A DNA stretch of 63,047 bases, the filler included, from Gonapodya sp. JEL0774 (lineage: Eukaryota), in assembly GCA_027604505.1 (NCBI GenBank). It is 32 parts of 32 records of this genome, joined end to end, with 100 filler letters (N's around TTAATTAATTAA, not from the genome) between each part and the next. Parts side by side here need not be neighbours in the genome. Positions count along the whole stretch, not along the records: positions 1 to 1,883 come from JADIIX010002495.1; positions 1,984 to 3,865 come from JADIIX010002496.1; positions 3,966 to 5,846 come from JADIIX010002497.1; positions 5,947 to 7,827 come from JADIIX010002498.1; positions 7,928 to 9,808 come from JADIIX010002499.1; positions 9,909 to 11,788 come from JADIIX010002500.1; positions 11,889 to 13,767 come from JADIIX010002501.1; 25 more parts are not named here. One strand, written 5' to 3'. Every line of letters begins with the position of its first letter. Position 1 is the first letter of the stretch. The notes beneath the pieces were generated by a model. That model was given only the letters and a program-made list of their open reading frames with translations. It was not told the DNA's origin and ran no database searches. This document shows, piece by piece, positions 1 through 12,979 of this stretch. A program made the translations under genes and the position numbers.

Positions 1-559
1 AGTGTCCACAGGGAGCTGGGCCAGAGTATTCTGGGAAATCTCACTCAAGTGAGTGCTTTTGCAGCTTTTCTGTTTGGCTTTTCCCAGATAGTACTTCCCT
101 ACTCAAACATCCCACCGGCCACCACCTTTTTTATCTTTGGGGTGATGGCCTCACGTCTGTTTCTACTCTCAAAGTTGGCCCCCTCTCCCACACCAGCTGC
201 GCCTCCTCTGACGGCTCCACCGCTCCAGAAGCCCAAAGGTCGTAGCACACAAGACGTTTTCGATTACGGTGTGTTTCTGTGCTTTCGCGTGGATAGTAAA
301 GGTCCTTGAACGAGGATGGTTGGTGCCGAAAATTTCACCTGAAAAGAAGGATGGTTGGGGCAGAAAATCTTACCTGGAAAGAAGTGTTTGTTGCCTTGTG
401 GTGGCACAACTCTCACCACGTTTGCTGCAGCTTCCATGCTCCTGCTTTGGACTGCATGATCTAACCACTTCATTCTATTTTCTTTCAGACAAGTTTCATA
501 CGGAACTCGGCAACATTTTAGTTCGGAACGGGCCTTCTGAGCTTGCCACAGCCTCCGCC

Positions 560-1883
560 ATGGATCTTTCTTCGGCTGCCGACAGACTAGCTAATCGCAT
601 GGTGAGTGCAGAAGTGGGCACTCTGGGGTCCATTTGACTTCGTTCCCCCCCGATAAACTCGGCACCTTGTCTTTTGTTGTCATGTCTGCCAGAGCGTCCA
701 TCGTCCACCCGCTCCAGAGCCAGCTACAGAGGAGGCAGAGGTGGAGCCTGAGGACAACCCCGATGAGATGGAGGTAGTTGCAATACCCAACCGATTGGTC
801 CAAATACCCCCATCTCTCTCAAAGGCCGTACCCCTCCCCTACGGCCAGGCTGCACGACGTGGTGCTGCAGTGACTACAATTCTGGTGTCAAAGGCAGCTC
901 AAGAGGCAGCCAAAGAGCGACAGGAGAAGGCCACCAGGAGTGGTAGCACAGAAGAGATGGATCGGCAGTTGAGCACTGTGAACAGCTCTACGGGCGAGGC
1001 AGCAGGGGAAGAAGCAAAGTCGGCCAAGAAGCGGAAGAGGCCCCGGAAAAAGATGCCTAGCATGCCGCAGGATGACGATGATCCATCGAGCAGTAGCAAT
1101 AGCGGAAGTTCAGCTACAGAAGAGGAGGAGGGAGGTGAAGGAACTGAGCATGCTGACCTGGGAGAGGGGGGTCGTTACAAAGGGTTACGAGTTGAGCAAG
1201 TGGAGAGCCTCCCAAGGGCAGCCCCTGCATCTGAACGGGAGATGGATTATACGAGTTCTCTTTCCCATCGTCAGCCCCCTTCGGCAGCCGCAGGGGCAAC
1301 CTTGCTCTCTCAAGCAACTGGTCGGAAATCTGCACGGACTCAGGGGCCCAGTGCTGGATCTCCGGGCCGTGATCTGGCCAGTGGTCTGCCTGCTGGCCCA
1401 TCGGCTAGAGTAACACCTGCAGGCCGCAGTGGATCGTCCGCTCCGGTTGTACGTGCAGGCCTCGGTGGACCATTGGATAGATTTGCACATGCAGGCCGCA
1501 GTGGCCGATCGGCTTCAGTGGAACCTGCAGGCGGAGGTGGACCAGCAGGCCGTGGTGGCCGGTCTGCTCCATTGGGACCTGCAGGCGGCCGTGGCAGGGC
1601 AGCTCGGGGCGGGCCTCCAGGTCGTAGTGTCCCGTCAGCTGAAGTCGGGCCTCGAGGTCGTAGTGGCCAGTCAGCTGGCCGTGGAGGCCCATTACGTCCT
1701 GAGGGCCCTGCAGACCGTGGCCCACCGCCCCAGCAGGTGTTTCTACCCAGTGGAGACGGGGGTGAATCCGGTAGTGGTGTGGGATCTGCACTGGGAGTCC
1801 CCCATGGTGGGGTTCCTGCAGCGGTTGGTGGCGCTGCCAGTGGAAGCTCTGCTGGTGGGATCTCTGTATCCCTGAGTATGAAC
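560..1883 (+). CDS. Hypothetical low-complexity protein (acidic/NLS-like region, then G/R/P/S-rich repeats); 3' truncated
   Basis: ATG at 560 (MDLSSAADRLANRM). GTGAGT..CAG intron 602-692 splices in frame to ORF 741+. Basic cluster KKRKRPRKK. No family recognised. Confidence 0.6.
1410..1720 (+). repeat. Degenerate coding tandem repeat (GCAGGCCGYRGTGG-like core; AGRSG/AGRGG peptides)
   Basis: Recurring gcaggccgcagtgg, gcaggcctcggtgg, gcaggccgtggtgg and two ggtcgtagtg copies. Confidence 0.65.
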
Positions 1884-1983
1884 NNNNNNNNNNNNNNNNN
1901 NNNNNNNNNNNNNNNNNNNNNNNNNNNTTAATTAATTAANNNNNNNNNNNNNNNNNNNNNNNNNNNNNNNNNNNNNNNNNNNN

Positions 1984-3263
1984 TCTCGGACGCACTCTTC
2001 CGAGCACACTGGTGTTCCCGAGACGCGGCCCATATAGCAAGGGCAGATGGACGACCACGACCGGTCGACTTTGCCACAGCAGCACGAGAACATCATGTTG
2101 TCGTTGAATTTGTCGCCAGGGGAGGTGGGGCCGCCGACACCAAAGGCGTTGGGAGAAGTGCCTTTGATCACAATGGCGACAAGGTCTGGATCTCCATCGA
2201 CGGATCTGCCTTTGTCCGAGGGGCCATCTACGGGCCACGATTCGAAAACGTATCCACGAATGCCTTCCTCGGCCCAACCAAAGCCTGCGGACTGAACGGG
2301 AAAGATAACAAATTGAGTCGATATTGCGAATTGGGATCGGAGGGTAGTAAATATAACGTACTACATTCCACCCGGGAACATCCTTCCAGTCTGTTGCATT
2401 GGGTTCAGAGTAGGCGTTCCAAGCGAGGTAGGCCATGGAGAGCACGGTAAGAGGGTCTTCCATATCAGGAACCAAGATCGGCCTATCCTCAAGAACGCCA
2501 AAGTCCATCTCTTCACCGAGTTTCGGAGCGGCATACGTATGTGTTCGTGTTACGACCGGATGGAAGTACGAGTGTCCCTTCGCGCCGGACGAGCGTTGGG
2601 CGGTGAGGGTGTCGGAGGGGTTGGGGAGGTGCATCTCCTTGAATGCGTTGGTGGAAGACGGGGGAGAAATGTGCAGGACGCGGGAGAGGCGAAGGAAAGA
2701 TAGAGATGGAGGTGCCCTCGGAGCTGTCGAAAGAATGCAACAATGAGCTGTCTTGACGTGGTGATTCTCGATCCACTGAGGTTAAATATTCAAGCTTATT
2801 CACAGTACGGATATTATCCTTCCAAGCAGCAAATCGCATAGAGCTTTGTCGCTGGCTCAGCGGCCCAGCCAAGTGGGGCAAACGCCTACCCGTCGATTGT
2901 CGTGAAAAGATGAACTGAACCCTTGACAAACTCACATTCATCCATTTCAAGATGCACCGGCGTTGGTAGCAACAGTGAAGACCCGTTCTCGACCGTGACC
3001 CGCACGTCTCGCCAGCCGCGAACTCTCAGTCCTCCAAAGGCTGCCACCAGCACCAACGCAGCTGCCGTGAAGCCGAGCAGCGGAAAGAGTCCCTTCCAGC
3101 GTCTACCTGATACTTGATGATCGAGCTCGGCCGAGTGAGCGCTGGCGAGAAGTGGTTTCCTCTCCGACCGGAGAGAGCTCCCGAATGTTGTCGCCTCGTC
3201 GTCCTCGTCAGGGTCATCCTCTACTCTCCAGCGAGCCAGGTCATTTTGACTGTGTCGCAGCAT
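1984..3263 (-). CDS. ATG15: Autophagy lipase Atg15, N-terminal half (multi-exon, 3' truncated before the catalytic motif)
   Basis: N-terminal TM segment LLGFTAAALVLVAAFGG. Atg15-typical motifs TVLSMAYLAWNAY, FGWAEEGIRGYVF, IKGTS and DKFNDNMMFSCCCGKVDRSWSSICPCY. Confidence 0.93.
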
Positions 3264-3578
3264 CACGCAAATGGTGATTGTGATCAAAGCAAAGCCCAAA
3301 ATGGGCGCTCGGCAAGTTCTCGGGGTGGTCACGCGACTTGCGATCGGTGTTGTTGACCACGTTTCGTTGCTGCCTGCACCTGCCCAACTATCGAAAAATA
3401 TCCCTTATCGTGAACTGAAAATGATTGGGAAAAGACCAGTACATGCTTTTATGTTCTCCTAATGTTTCCATATGGTGAGCTAGACGAATGTAAGCTTGCA
3501 CCCACCAAGTCAGTTCAAGCGTTGTTCTCCGCATATCACGTAAGGCGGAATATCTTTCTCGCCAGGATCTTCCCCTCT

Positions 3579-3865
3579 CTACTTCTTGCTCGCCCTTTTC
3601 AACCTATCTACCTCCCACCGCTCTAATCGCCGTTCCCCTTTCATGATTTTCCGTGGGATCCCAGCACCCAGTTTTGATCCCTTCCCTACTGCAGGATGCC
3701 GATACTTGGTTCGAAGCGTTTTAAGCAGCTGGGGGTTATGAAGGGGTATCCACGCCGCTCGCGGTTTCCGCGGTATGCGCGAGAGCAACTCAGCGAGGCT
3801 GGCTTCATGTTCGGCGTACAATAGTACCATCTCCGACTGAGACACTGGTGCGCTACGCGACCGTG
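3579..3865 (-). CDS. 3' end of an unidentified basic protein
   Basis: Open frame from the contig edge to a stop at 3579 (..RRLERWEVDRLKRASKK*). No family recognised. Confidence 0.4.
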
Positions 3866-4661
3866 NNNNNNNNNNNNNNNNNNNNNNNNNNNNNNNNNNN
3901 NNNNNNNNNTTAATTAATTAANNNNNNNNNNNNNNNNNNNNNNNNNNNNNNNNNNNNNNNNNNNNGGGGCCCCGACAACTTTCCATCAGCTGGCGGATAT
4001 GGCTCTTCAAGACAACAGGTTGACTGTCGCCTCGTTCTTTCACAATGGGGCTGTATATTCTGGAGTATACGCTTGCAATGGAGAACTTCTTCACGTGGGA
4101 TGGGATTTCATTACAAATGTCAAAGTACGTGACGTTTTTCCATTGCATTCACTTGAGTTGATTCAGTCGTCCTTCCTGTTCTCTCAAAGATGATCTATCG
4201 AATCTTGCTCATTTTGAAACTGTGGGTAGAGGGCAACGTGCTTGATGTTGTCCTCTGTCATCCGTTTTCTCGCTTGGATGCTTGCGATGCAATTGGGAAC
4301 CAGCGACTGCTGCTACGACGTGAAGAAGTCTGTGTTCTTTTGGCAAGTGATATTGAGCGAGATATCAATATCCAGCATGATTGTTCGCGGGATCGTGAGT
4401 TCTTTTCTGTTTGCACTGCAGTCCTCATGGATTTTCAGGTTCGTTGCTCTCGTTCAGAGTTTCAGTCGTGCCGTTTGACGAATGCAGGCAACAAATTGAC
4501 CTGCATTCACAACTTTGCAAACGGAGCTTTTGTCGTGAACCAGCTTCGTTTTGGGTGGAGAGTTTTGTGATGTTTGTTGTGTGAGTTGGCACTTGTCAGG
4601 TCACGTGCACCGAGATCCGTGTGTCGGCTTCCGAGCAACCGAACCTAAACAATATTCTTTA

Positions 4662-5846
4662 ATGTCGCAGCATCAGGGCGTGTATTTCTCTGGCAGAGAA
4701 GATTTCAATTTGGAGGGTCAAGGACTCTTCAGCGACTTCACAGAGCACTTCGCGATCGATCCGTTTGGCAACCCCATCGACCAGAACTCTGGTGGAACTC
4801 ACGCCTCCGCTGGTTTTCTCTCAATACCCACACCCTCTCATGTTTCACCAAGCTTGATATCGGGGCATCATGGATCGTTACCTCCACGTCCACCAGACTC
4901 TGGTCGAGTTGGTGGAAATCGCCTTGGGATGGGCGTGGGACGGCCCACATTCTCAAGCACAGATGGCACGGCAATCAATGCACTTGGACCCCGGCCACCG
5001 TTTGCGAATGCCCCGTTTTACAGAGCTCAATCTCATGCTGCAGCGGCAGCAGAAATCGGGATGACGTCATATCGGGCAGCGTCTGAACCACCACAGGGCG
5101 TCTCCAGTGCAAGACCGGAAAGGAACGTGACAATCAACGTACGTCAAAATCTGTCTTGACTTATGAGCATTTCTCGTCCTGTCCTGAAAGTGAACTATTC
5201 TTGAAAGGACTTATACGATCAGAGTGTGCTGATGAACTCTAAGCTTGATCTCCTGCTCAAGCGCTCCGCAGAAACTCCGACAGTCATCTCAAATCCACCC
5301 CCGTCGTTCCAACAAGCCACACCACCAAAGAACAATGCCGAGATTGACGTGAAAGCGGCCGAAGTTTGTATTGAATTTGCTCTTGGTTTCTGACGAAACG
5401 TGCACTCTCAACGATTTGCATTTGCTTAGAACGACCTTGCAAAAATTATCACTGCCTCTTTGAGAGATCCATCTGCAGTGTATTCGAGAGTCAACGGTGA
5501 TTTTGTCCTTGTGAGTGTTTGTTTCTTGTATTCACGGACTTGATCATGTTAAAACTGTATCTTTCCAGAACCAATTCTTTGAACTAAAGAAAGTAAAGCG
5601 AACTTCACTTCAGCAGGCCTACAAGACTCATGTTGATATCAAGGCGTGGCTCTCTCAGCGAATACCTAATGAGAAAAATTATTTGAAGAAGGCGGTGAGT
5701 TCCGTTTTTTATTCACACATTGGCAAAGAGACTAATAGGGGGCATTGATGTGGGCCTTATCTGTTCACTTTTGTGTCAAGATCCTCGGACTTGGTCGCGC
5801 ATCGTTCAAGGATCACGCACTGGATATCTGGATAGAGGACTGCCTA
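4662..5846 (+). CDS. Hypothetical five-exon protein, 3' truncated
   Basis: ATG at 4662. Four phase-0 GT-AG introns (first 5139-5207) join NVTIN|DLYDQSVLMNSKLDLLLKR..KAAE|NDLAKIITASLRD..FVL|NQFFELKK..LKKA|ILGLGRASFKDHALDIWIEDCL without a stop. Confidence 0.75.
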
Positions 5847-5946
5847 NNNNNNNNNNNNNNNNNNNNNNNNNNNNNNNNNNNNNNNNNNNNTTAATTAATT
5901 AANNNNNNNNNNNNNNNNNNNNNNNNNNNNNNNNNNNNNNNNNNNN

Positions 5947-7487
5947 GAGAGGTGGCCGATGAACTCCCTGACGCAGTGGACCATGATGAAAGTGACTCCT
6001 CAAACTCCGATAACGAGCCCACCGGCGATGGAGCCGCTGATGACGACTTTATTTCTGCGACTCCCTCGCATGAACGATACTTCCACCACTTGTCCTCTTC
6101 CAAAACATCCAGAAAGACTACCTCGAACAACACTCTCACCCGGTTGCCGGCCCTCTCCCACGCGCAGTACCGCTCGCTCATTCAAAAAGCGCCTGTGAGG
6201 CACGTCAAGGAAATCGAGAGACTTGAACACCGGCACCATCGCCAGTTCCCTCAATGGCTCTTTGAGCTACATCAGGGCTACTCTGTTGCGTGCTATGGAT
6301 TTGGTTCTAAGCGTGCGCTGCTCAACTCGTTTGCGCGGTACGTTTCGGAAACGCACACCAATTCCCGGGCCGGTACTGGAGGTGAAGCAGATGGTGGGAA
6401 GAAGCCAGTCGTTGTGATCATAAACGGGTACGAGAGGGGTGTGACGGGGAGAACGATTGTGTCGGATATCATCGATGGGTTGATCTCCTCATCTAATGGC
6501 AAAGGTGGCGGGCGGGAGAACGGAACTGAGCATGCAACGAAGTCCAATGTTCCAAGAACTTTGCCGGCGCAGCTGACGCTCCTACGGGGCTTATTCGGTA
6601 TCACAAGCACCGCTGCCTCCACTCCCGCTCAAAATTTTGCAATTCCCTTTACCAACCTCTACATTATTCTACACAACATCGACGGCCCCTCACTCCGCTC
6701 TGCGCAATCTCAATCCGCACTTGCCGTCTTGGCAGGTCTCTCTCGAGTCCACATGGTCTGCAGCGTGGACCACGTCGACGCAGGACTGTTGTGGGATGCC
6801 CGCAAGGCTGCGCTCATGAGATTCGCGTGGCACGATGTCACCACGTTCGCTCCATATAGCGTTGAGACTCGAGATTCGCTCAGCTCTCTGAGTCTTGTGG
6901 CGAGGGGGGAAGGCGGGTCGGGATCCGGAAGGGGACTGCAAGGGTTGAAGTGGGTGCTAAAGGGCGTTCAGCCGAATGTGCGGAAGTTGCTTCGAGTAGG
7001 TGTAGAATGGATGGTGGAAAAGATGAAGGAGATGGAGAATCAGTCTGGGCACGAGAAAGGTGGCAATCAGGTGAGTGATAGAGTGCAGAAGACGAAAACC
7101 TTGCACTCCAACTCAGTAAAGAGCACTCGCTGCCTCCAGCAGCACCATCGTGACGACTCCCCTGAAGCAGACTCCCCATACTCCGACTCCGATGGCCCTT
7201 CAGCTGGCACGTCCAACCGGCGAGGTCGTCCCACAAACAAAGGCACCACCTCCCACTCCACTTCTGCTCCGCCCCCTCACTCTCTCCCCCTCAACGATTA
7301 CTGGAAGATCGGACGAGACCATTTCATTAGCAACTCTGAACAAACATTCCGAACACAGCTGAGGGAGTTCTTCGATCACGGAATACTGAAGGTAGGAAGG
7401 AACCCGGCAGGGCAGGAGGTGGTATGGGTACCGGGAACGAAAACTGTGTTGCAGGGAGTGGTGGATGTTGTGGTGGAAATGTTGTGA
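5947..7487 (+). CDS. ORC2: Origin recognition complex subunit 2 (5' truncated; probable in-frame intron 7071-7139)
   Basis: ORC2 motifs FPQWLFEL..GYSVACYGFGSKR, LYIILHNIDG, SVDHVDAGLLWD, WHDVTTFAPYSVET and TFRTQLREFFDHGIL. Confidence 0.95.
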
Positions 7488-7927
7488 GCGCATGTATCAT
7501 TGTCGATGGGTGGTGTACAAATGTGGTGCGCGGAGCTGGGATGTACATAATTATGTTTGAGAAATGAGGATGAGCAATGTTATCATCCGCATTTATTTAA
7601 TTTGTTTGTCGATTGCAGTGCTCCAGTCCGATGATCCCACCCCACAGGCCTACATTCAAATTCAGACTTCGCAGATGGATGATCCTCGGCAACCGTCCAG
7701 AGAAAGTAGGCGTAACCCCAGTGATAATGATACGAATTATGCTGTTACGAGCTTTGGGAGGAGAGGAAAAATGCTTCGAGAAAGGGAAAGCGAAAGCGAT
7801 TGTAGCCCTATTGCATCACCGGTAGCTNNNNNNNNNNNNNNNNNNNNNNNNNNNNNNNNNNNNNNNNNNNNTTAATTAATTAANNNNNNNNNNNNNNNNN
7901 NNNNNNNNNNNNNNNNNNNNNNNNNNN

Positions 7928-8076
7928 TTCCAGTCCTTTGGGTTGCTCGCAACTGCTACATTGCGGATCAAAACTTCGTCGGCCCCGGGTGCAGGGGGGT
8001 ACGGTGATTGGGGATTGGCTTGGAAAGTGGCACCGTTTGCCTGTGTGAGCACGACAGCAGGGTAAGAGTTGGTCAT
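7928..8076 (-). CDS. MDR-superfamily (GroES-like) dehydrogenase/enoyl-reductase, N-terminus only
   Basis: MTNSYPAVVL..PAPGADEVLIRNVAVASNPKDW matches the P-P-x-x-EVL(I/V)-x-x-x-AVAxNPxDW N-terminal motif. Confidence 0.8.
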
Positions 8077-8597
8077 TGATGAGTGATTTATCGGAAGAGT
8101 CTGCGGCTCGTGTGTTCCGATGTGTAGGTGGACCGTGCGCATCACCGACCTCAGCTCGGGAAAGGTTCGAATCCCGACGCATATCCATAATCGAGCAAGT
8201 AGAGGAATACCATATATTGTGGAGAGAAAGCTATTCTGTAGAACTGTCTTGGTTCAGCTATACCTGGAATGGTACTTTGTGGTTCGTCGGTTTGCACAGC
8301 CGATGCCAATATTCGGTTGACAAATCATACAGCTGAAATTTGGTTGACTTAGCTCACGGAGCGAGTGCTTGTAAGACCGAAGAATGTTGTGCGAGGTACT
8401 GGAGACGGTGCAGGAACCACCGAAGCAGTGTTACGTATTTTGTACAATCCTACAATGATCAACTGCGCTTCGTGACGCTTCACATAAAACGGATCTGGGG
8501 AGAAACAGAGATTCGTGCAGAGCTCATTTACCCACTACTCTGAAGTCCCAAGGTCGTTACCCAGTTATCCGCCCGTCTCCAGCTTTGAAACGAAATC

Positions 8598-9808
8598 ATG
8601 TTTTGTGGAAGTGGGTACTGTTCTCCGCACGTTTCCAGATGTGACTTGGGCAACGCTAATTGCAGTTGCACCTTTTCTTGCCCTTGCACTCACGGGGCGA
8701 TCATCTTTCTCATATCCCAGTATCTGGCGAGACTCCATTGGAGCCCGTGCTCAACGTGAAGTCCGGGCACGTCTACGAGAAGAGACTCGCCACGAAGTTC
8801 GTACAGGATAACAAGAAGGATCCCGTTACAGGAGTAGACTCCACGTTGGAGGACTTGGTTGATGTCAAAACAAGTAAGTCATGCGGAATGAAGTAAATGA
8901 GGGTGATCAAGAGAGGTTGCGCAGACGAGTTGGAACGTCGTGACACGTTTCTCCGCAGTAATCGGCTATTGATTGTATGGGCGGGAGCCATCTATTCGTG
9001 CTCTTTGACAATTGTGGTACAAGGATCAACCCGCATGACCGTACATCCCACAACCTGGCATTCACAATGATGGAGGTACACACGTCCCCAAGACACGACT
9101 TCTCCCTCGATTTGTTACGTCAAATTCTGACGTCAGCGTAAATTTGATTGGCCTCCCTCTCGCTTGCAGCCCTCCCTGCTGCGCGTCCGCGGCCCGCAAC
9201 TGCAACCTCGATCCCGAGCCTCCTGAATCTTTTTCAAAACGAGTGGGACTCCCTTATGTTGGAGACTTTCTCCCTGAAGCAGCAGCACGCCCAACTCCGC
9301 CGTGAACTGTCTGCTGCCCTGTATGAGAACGACGCTGCTCGGCGGGTGATCGCCCGAGTGGTGAAAGAGAGAGACGAGGCCAGGAGAGCGCTCGCAAATG
9401 TCCAAGCTACGTTTGCTGCTGCGGGTGTGGATGCTGGTGGCGCCTCCGCGAAAGCTCCGGGCGAAGGAGCAGACGCAATGGACGTGGATGAGGGAATATC
9501 ACCTGAAATAATCGAGAAGCTCACCGAGACTTCCGCTGGGTACGTTTTCTGCTATAGTGCTGTTAGCTATTGTGATTTCCGACCTGCGAATCCAGTCTAT
9601 CCAAAGTACGCCGGAAGCGCAAGCCACCCCCAACTCTGGCAACTGCCGAACAACTCACAACCTACAAGCCAACGGCACTTCCGCAACCGGCATCCACAAA
9701 GTCTTCCGCTGCGACCGCGATGGACATCCTTCTCTCGGCCCAACTGGCAATCACCGGACACGTCTCAGGTCTCCTCTCTGTGCACGATTTGGTCACCAAG
9801 GAAGTTGC
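8598..9808 (+). CDS. PRP19: Pre-mRNA-processing factor 19 (U-box, coiled coil, start of WD40); 3' truncated
   Basis: Exons 8598-8610, 8721-8873, 9170-9539 and about 9596 onward give MFCGISGETP..SGHVYEKRL..DPVTG, ATSIPSLLNLFQNEWDSLMLETFSLKQQ..ELSAALYENDAARRVIAR and LSKVRRKRK. Confidence 0.96.
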
Positions 9809-10049
9809 NNNNNNNNNNNNNNNNNNNNNNNNNNNNNNNNNNNNNNNNNNNNTTAATTAATTAANNNNNNNNNNNNNNNNNNNNNNNNNNNNNNNNNNNN
9901 NNNNNNNNCGATGGATAGATCGACGAAGCACAAGTGTTTACGAAACAAGGAGTCCGTCTGTCAACTGCCCTACTATTCGACGCGGGGAGGCCAAATCCGA
10001 CGTACGTATAATACACACTACACTACATGCATATCAAACCGGCCCCCTC

Positions 10050-11755
10050 TCACTTCTTAGCAAACGTGACTCTCATTTCCTTATCCCCAATCTTGTACCC
10101 GTTGAGCGCGTTCTTGGCTACAGCGGCTTGGGATTCGTCCGAGTATTCGACAAAGGCTGAGTGGACGTGGCAAGAGGGGGTGAGTAAATGTGCGTTTCCA
10201 CCCAGAGGAATGGGAATCTACAACTCACCCAACTCGCTCTTTCCAGGCACCATTCGGACCTCTTTCAAACCAGGATACGGTGTGAAAACTTGTTGGAGCA
10301 TTTGTTGCGTGACACCGACACCCAAGTTTTGCAAAAAAAGGACGTTGTTGGGTACTTCGAATTCCTGGGCGGGCATGCCGGGTGGCACACCGGCGCCAGC
10401 GGGGAAGCCCGGATAGTAGTTTTGGAAGGGAAATTGGGCGGCGTTGGGGGCGGGGTTGGAGGGTTTGGATTTTTTGGGCTTGTGGGTGGAGGGTTCGGTG
10501 TCGGTGGGTTTGCGTTTTGTGGTGGGAGCTCCGGTGCCGTTCATGGGTTCGTCGCCGTCAGCGTCGGCTCCGTCTTCGTCGTCAGAGGTCGCGGTGGGTT
10601 TCTTGGTGCTGGATTCGTGGGCTTTTTCGAGGGCTGATGGGGAAATCGTGAAAAGATGTGTTGTGCGATCACCAAGACAAACTGCCCACCTTTCCTTTCT
10701 TCTCGTGCCTTCTTATTCTCCTCAATGGTACCGTCAAGTTTTGCAGTGTCATCGGATTTGGTTTTGGCATATTGTATATTCTGATTGTAAAAGGGAATTG
10801 TCGGGTAAACTCCGGACACACAAGAACGAAGTGGGAGCCACATCCACTCCTTCAACACCACAACATCCGACCCAAAGTTCTCCGGCAAACTCACCATCGG
10901 CTTCCCATGCAACGGAAAATCCCGGAGTTCCACTTTCGCCTTGTCCGCGCTCTCTTGCTCCTGGAACACTACAAAGGCCTGGCCCCGCATTTTAACAGAT
11001 TTCTTGCAGTAGACCTGGATTACATCACCGTAGACGGAGAAGGCGGCTCGGAGGTCGCGTTTAAGGGCTGGGAATGTGGGTTTCGATTGACTAGGTATCA
11101 GAAAAATGTTCAAAATACGGACAAATAAATCTTACAATGCTCCACCAGGTGATTATAGAAAGGCTCGAGCGCCAGTCAACACGTTCCAGAGAACTTGTGT
11201 TAACCTCTGGACAGTCAATTCCGGACGAGGACAAGCTTGACCCAATGCCCGGCCCTCCCATTTCCTGCGCTCCCAACTGTCGGAGTAAAGCTGCTCCTAC
11301 GTCTCATCGCGGAATCTAGAACGCAAGGCGGAAAACTTGTCGTCTAGCGAGACACTACCCTCCATGAGTTTCCATTCCAAAACTCCCTCGACCCTGCGTC
11401 AATCCACACCAGAAAATCAGCAACGATATAACCAAGATTGAAAACTTTTCATTCGTGCTTGCTACTTTGATGATGCTCAATGCACATCCGTTTGGCCAGT
11501 TCACCCCCAGCTGCTGCGCTCTTCCCACCTAGCACCCCATTCTCCCGTCCCACCGCTTGCGGTCAACACCTCGCCACCACATGATTATGTATTCCCATGC
11601 TCACCGTCTAGTTTCACCTTCTCGTTCAAGTTCTGTATATACAACGTCTTTTGAGGTGCATCGGGTCCCTCGGATCGCTGTTGAGACCTTGCCTGGGGCA
11701 TAGGTGCCGGGAACGGAAAGGGTAAGGGCATGAAGGGCATGGGCGGGGCAGCCAT
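10050..11755 (-). CDS. U1A/U2B''/SNF-family snRNP protein with two RRMs; apparently complete, 5 exons
   Basis: Exon 1 11755-11605 (QKTLYIQNLNEKVKLD). Exon 2 11067-10895 (KMRGQAFVVF..FPLHGKPM). Exon 3 NIQYAKTKSD. RRM2 PNNVLFLQNL..KEVRMVPG..AFVEY..MRVTFAKK*. U1A versus U2B'' cannot be resolved by eye. Confidence 0.95.
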
Positions 11756-11893
11756 CGTGGGGGGGACGTTGAGTGAGATATGAAGGAGNNNNNNNNNNNN
11801 NNNNNNNNNNNNNNNNNNNNNNNNNNNNNNNNTTAATTAATTAANNNNNNNNNNNNNNNNNNNNNNNNNNNNNNNNNNNNNNNNNNNNTTCAG

Positions 11894-12979
<1,086 letters not shown>

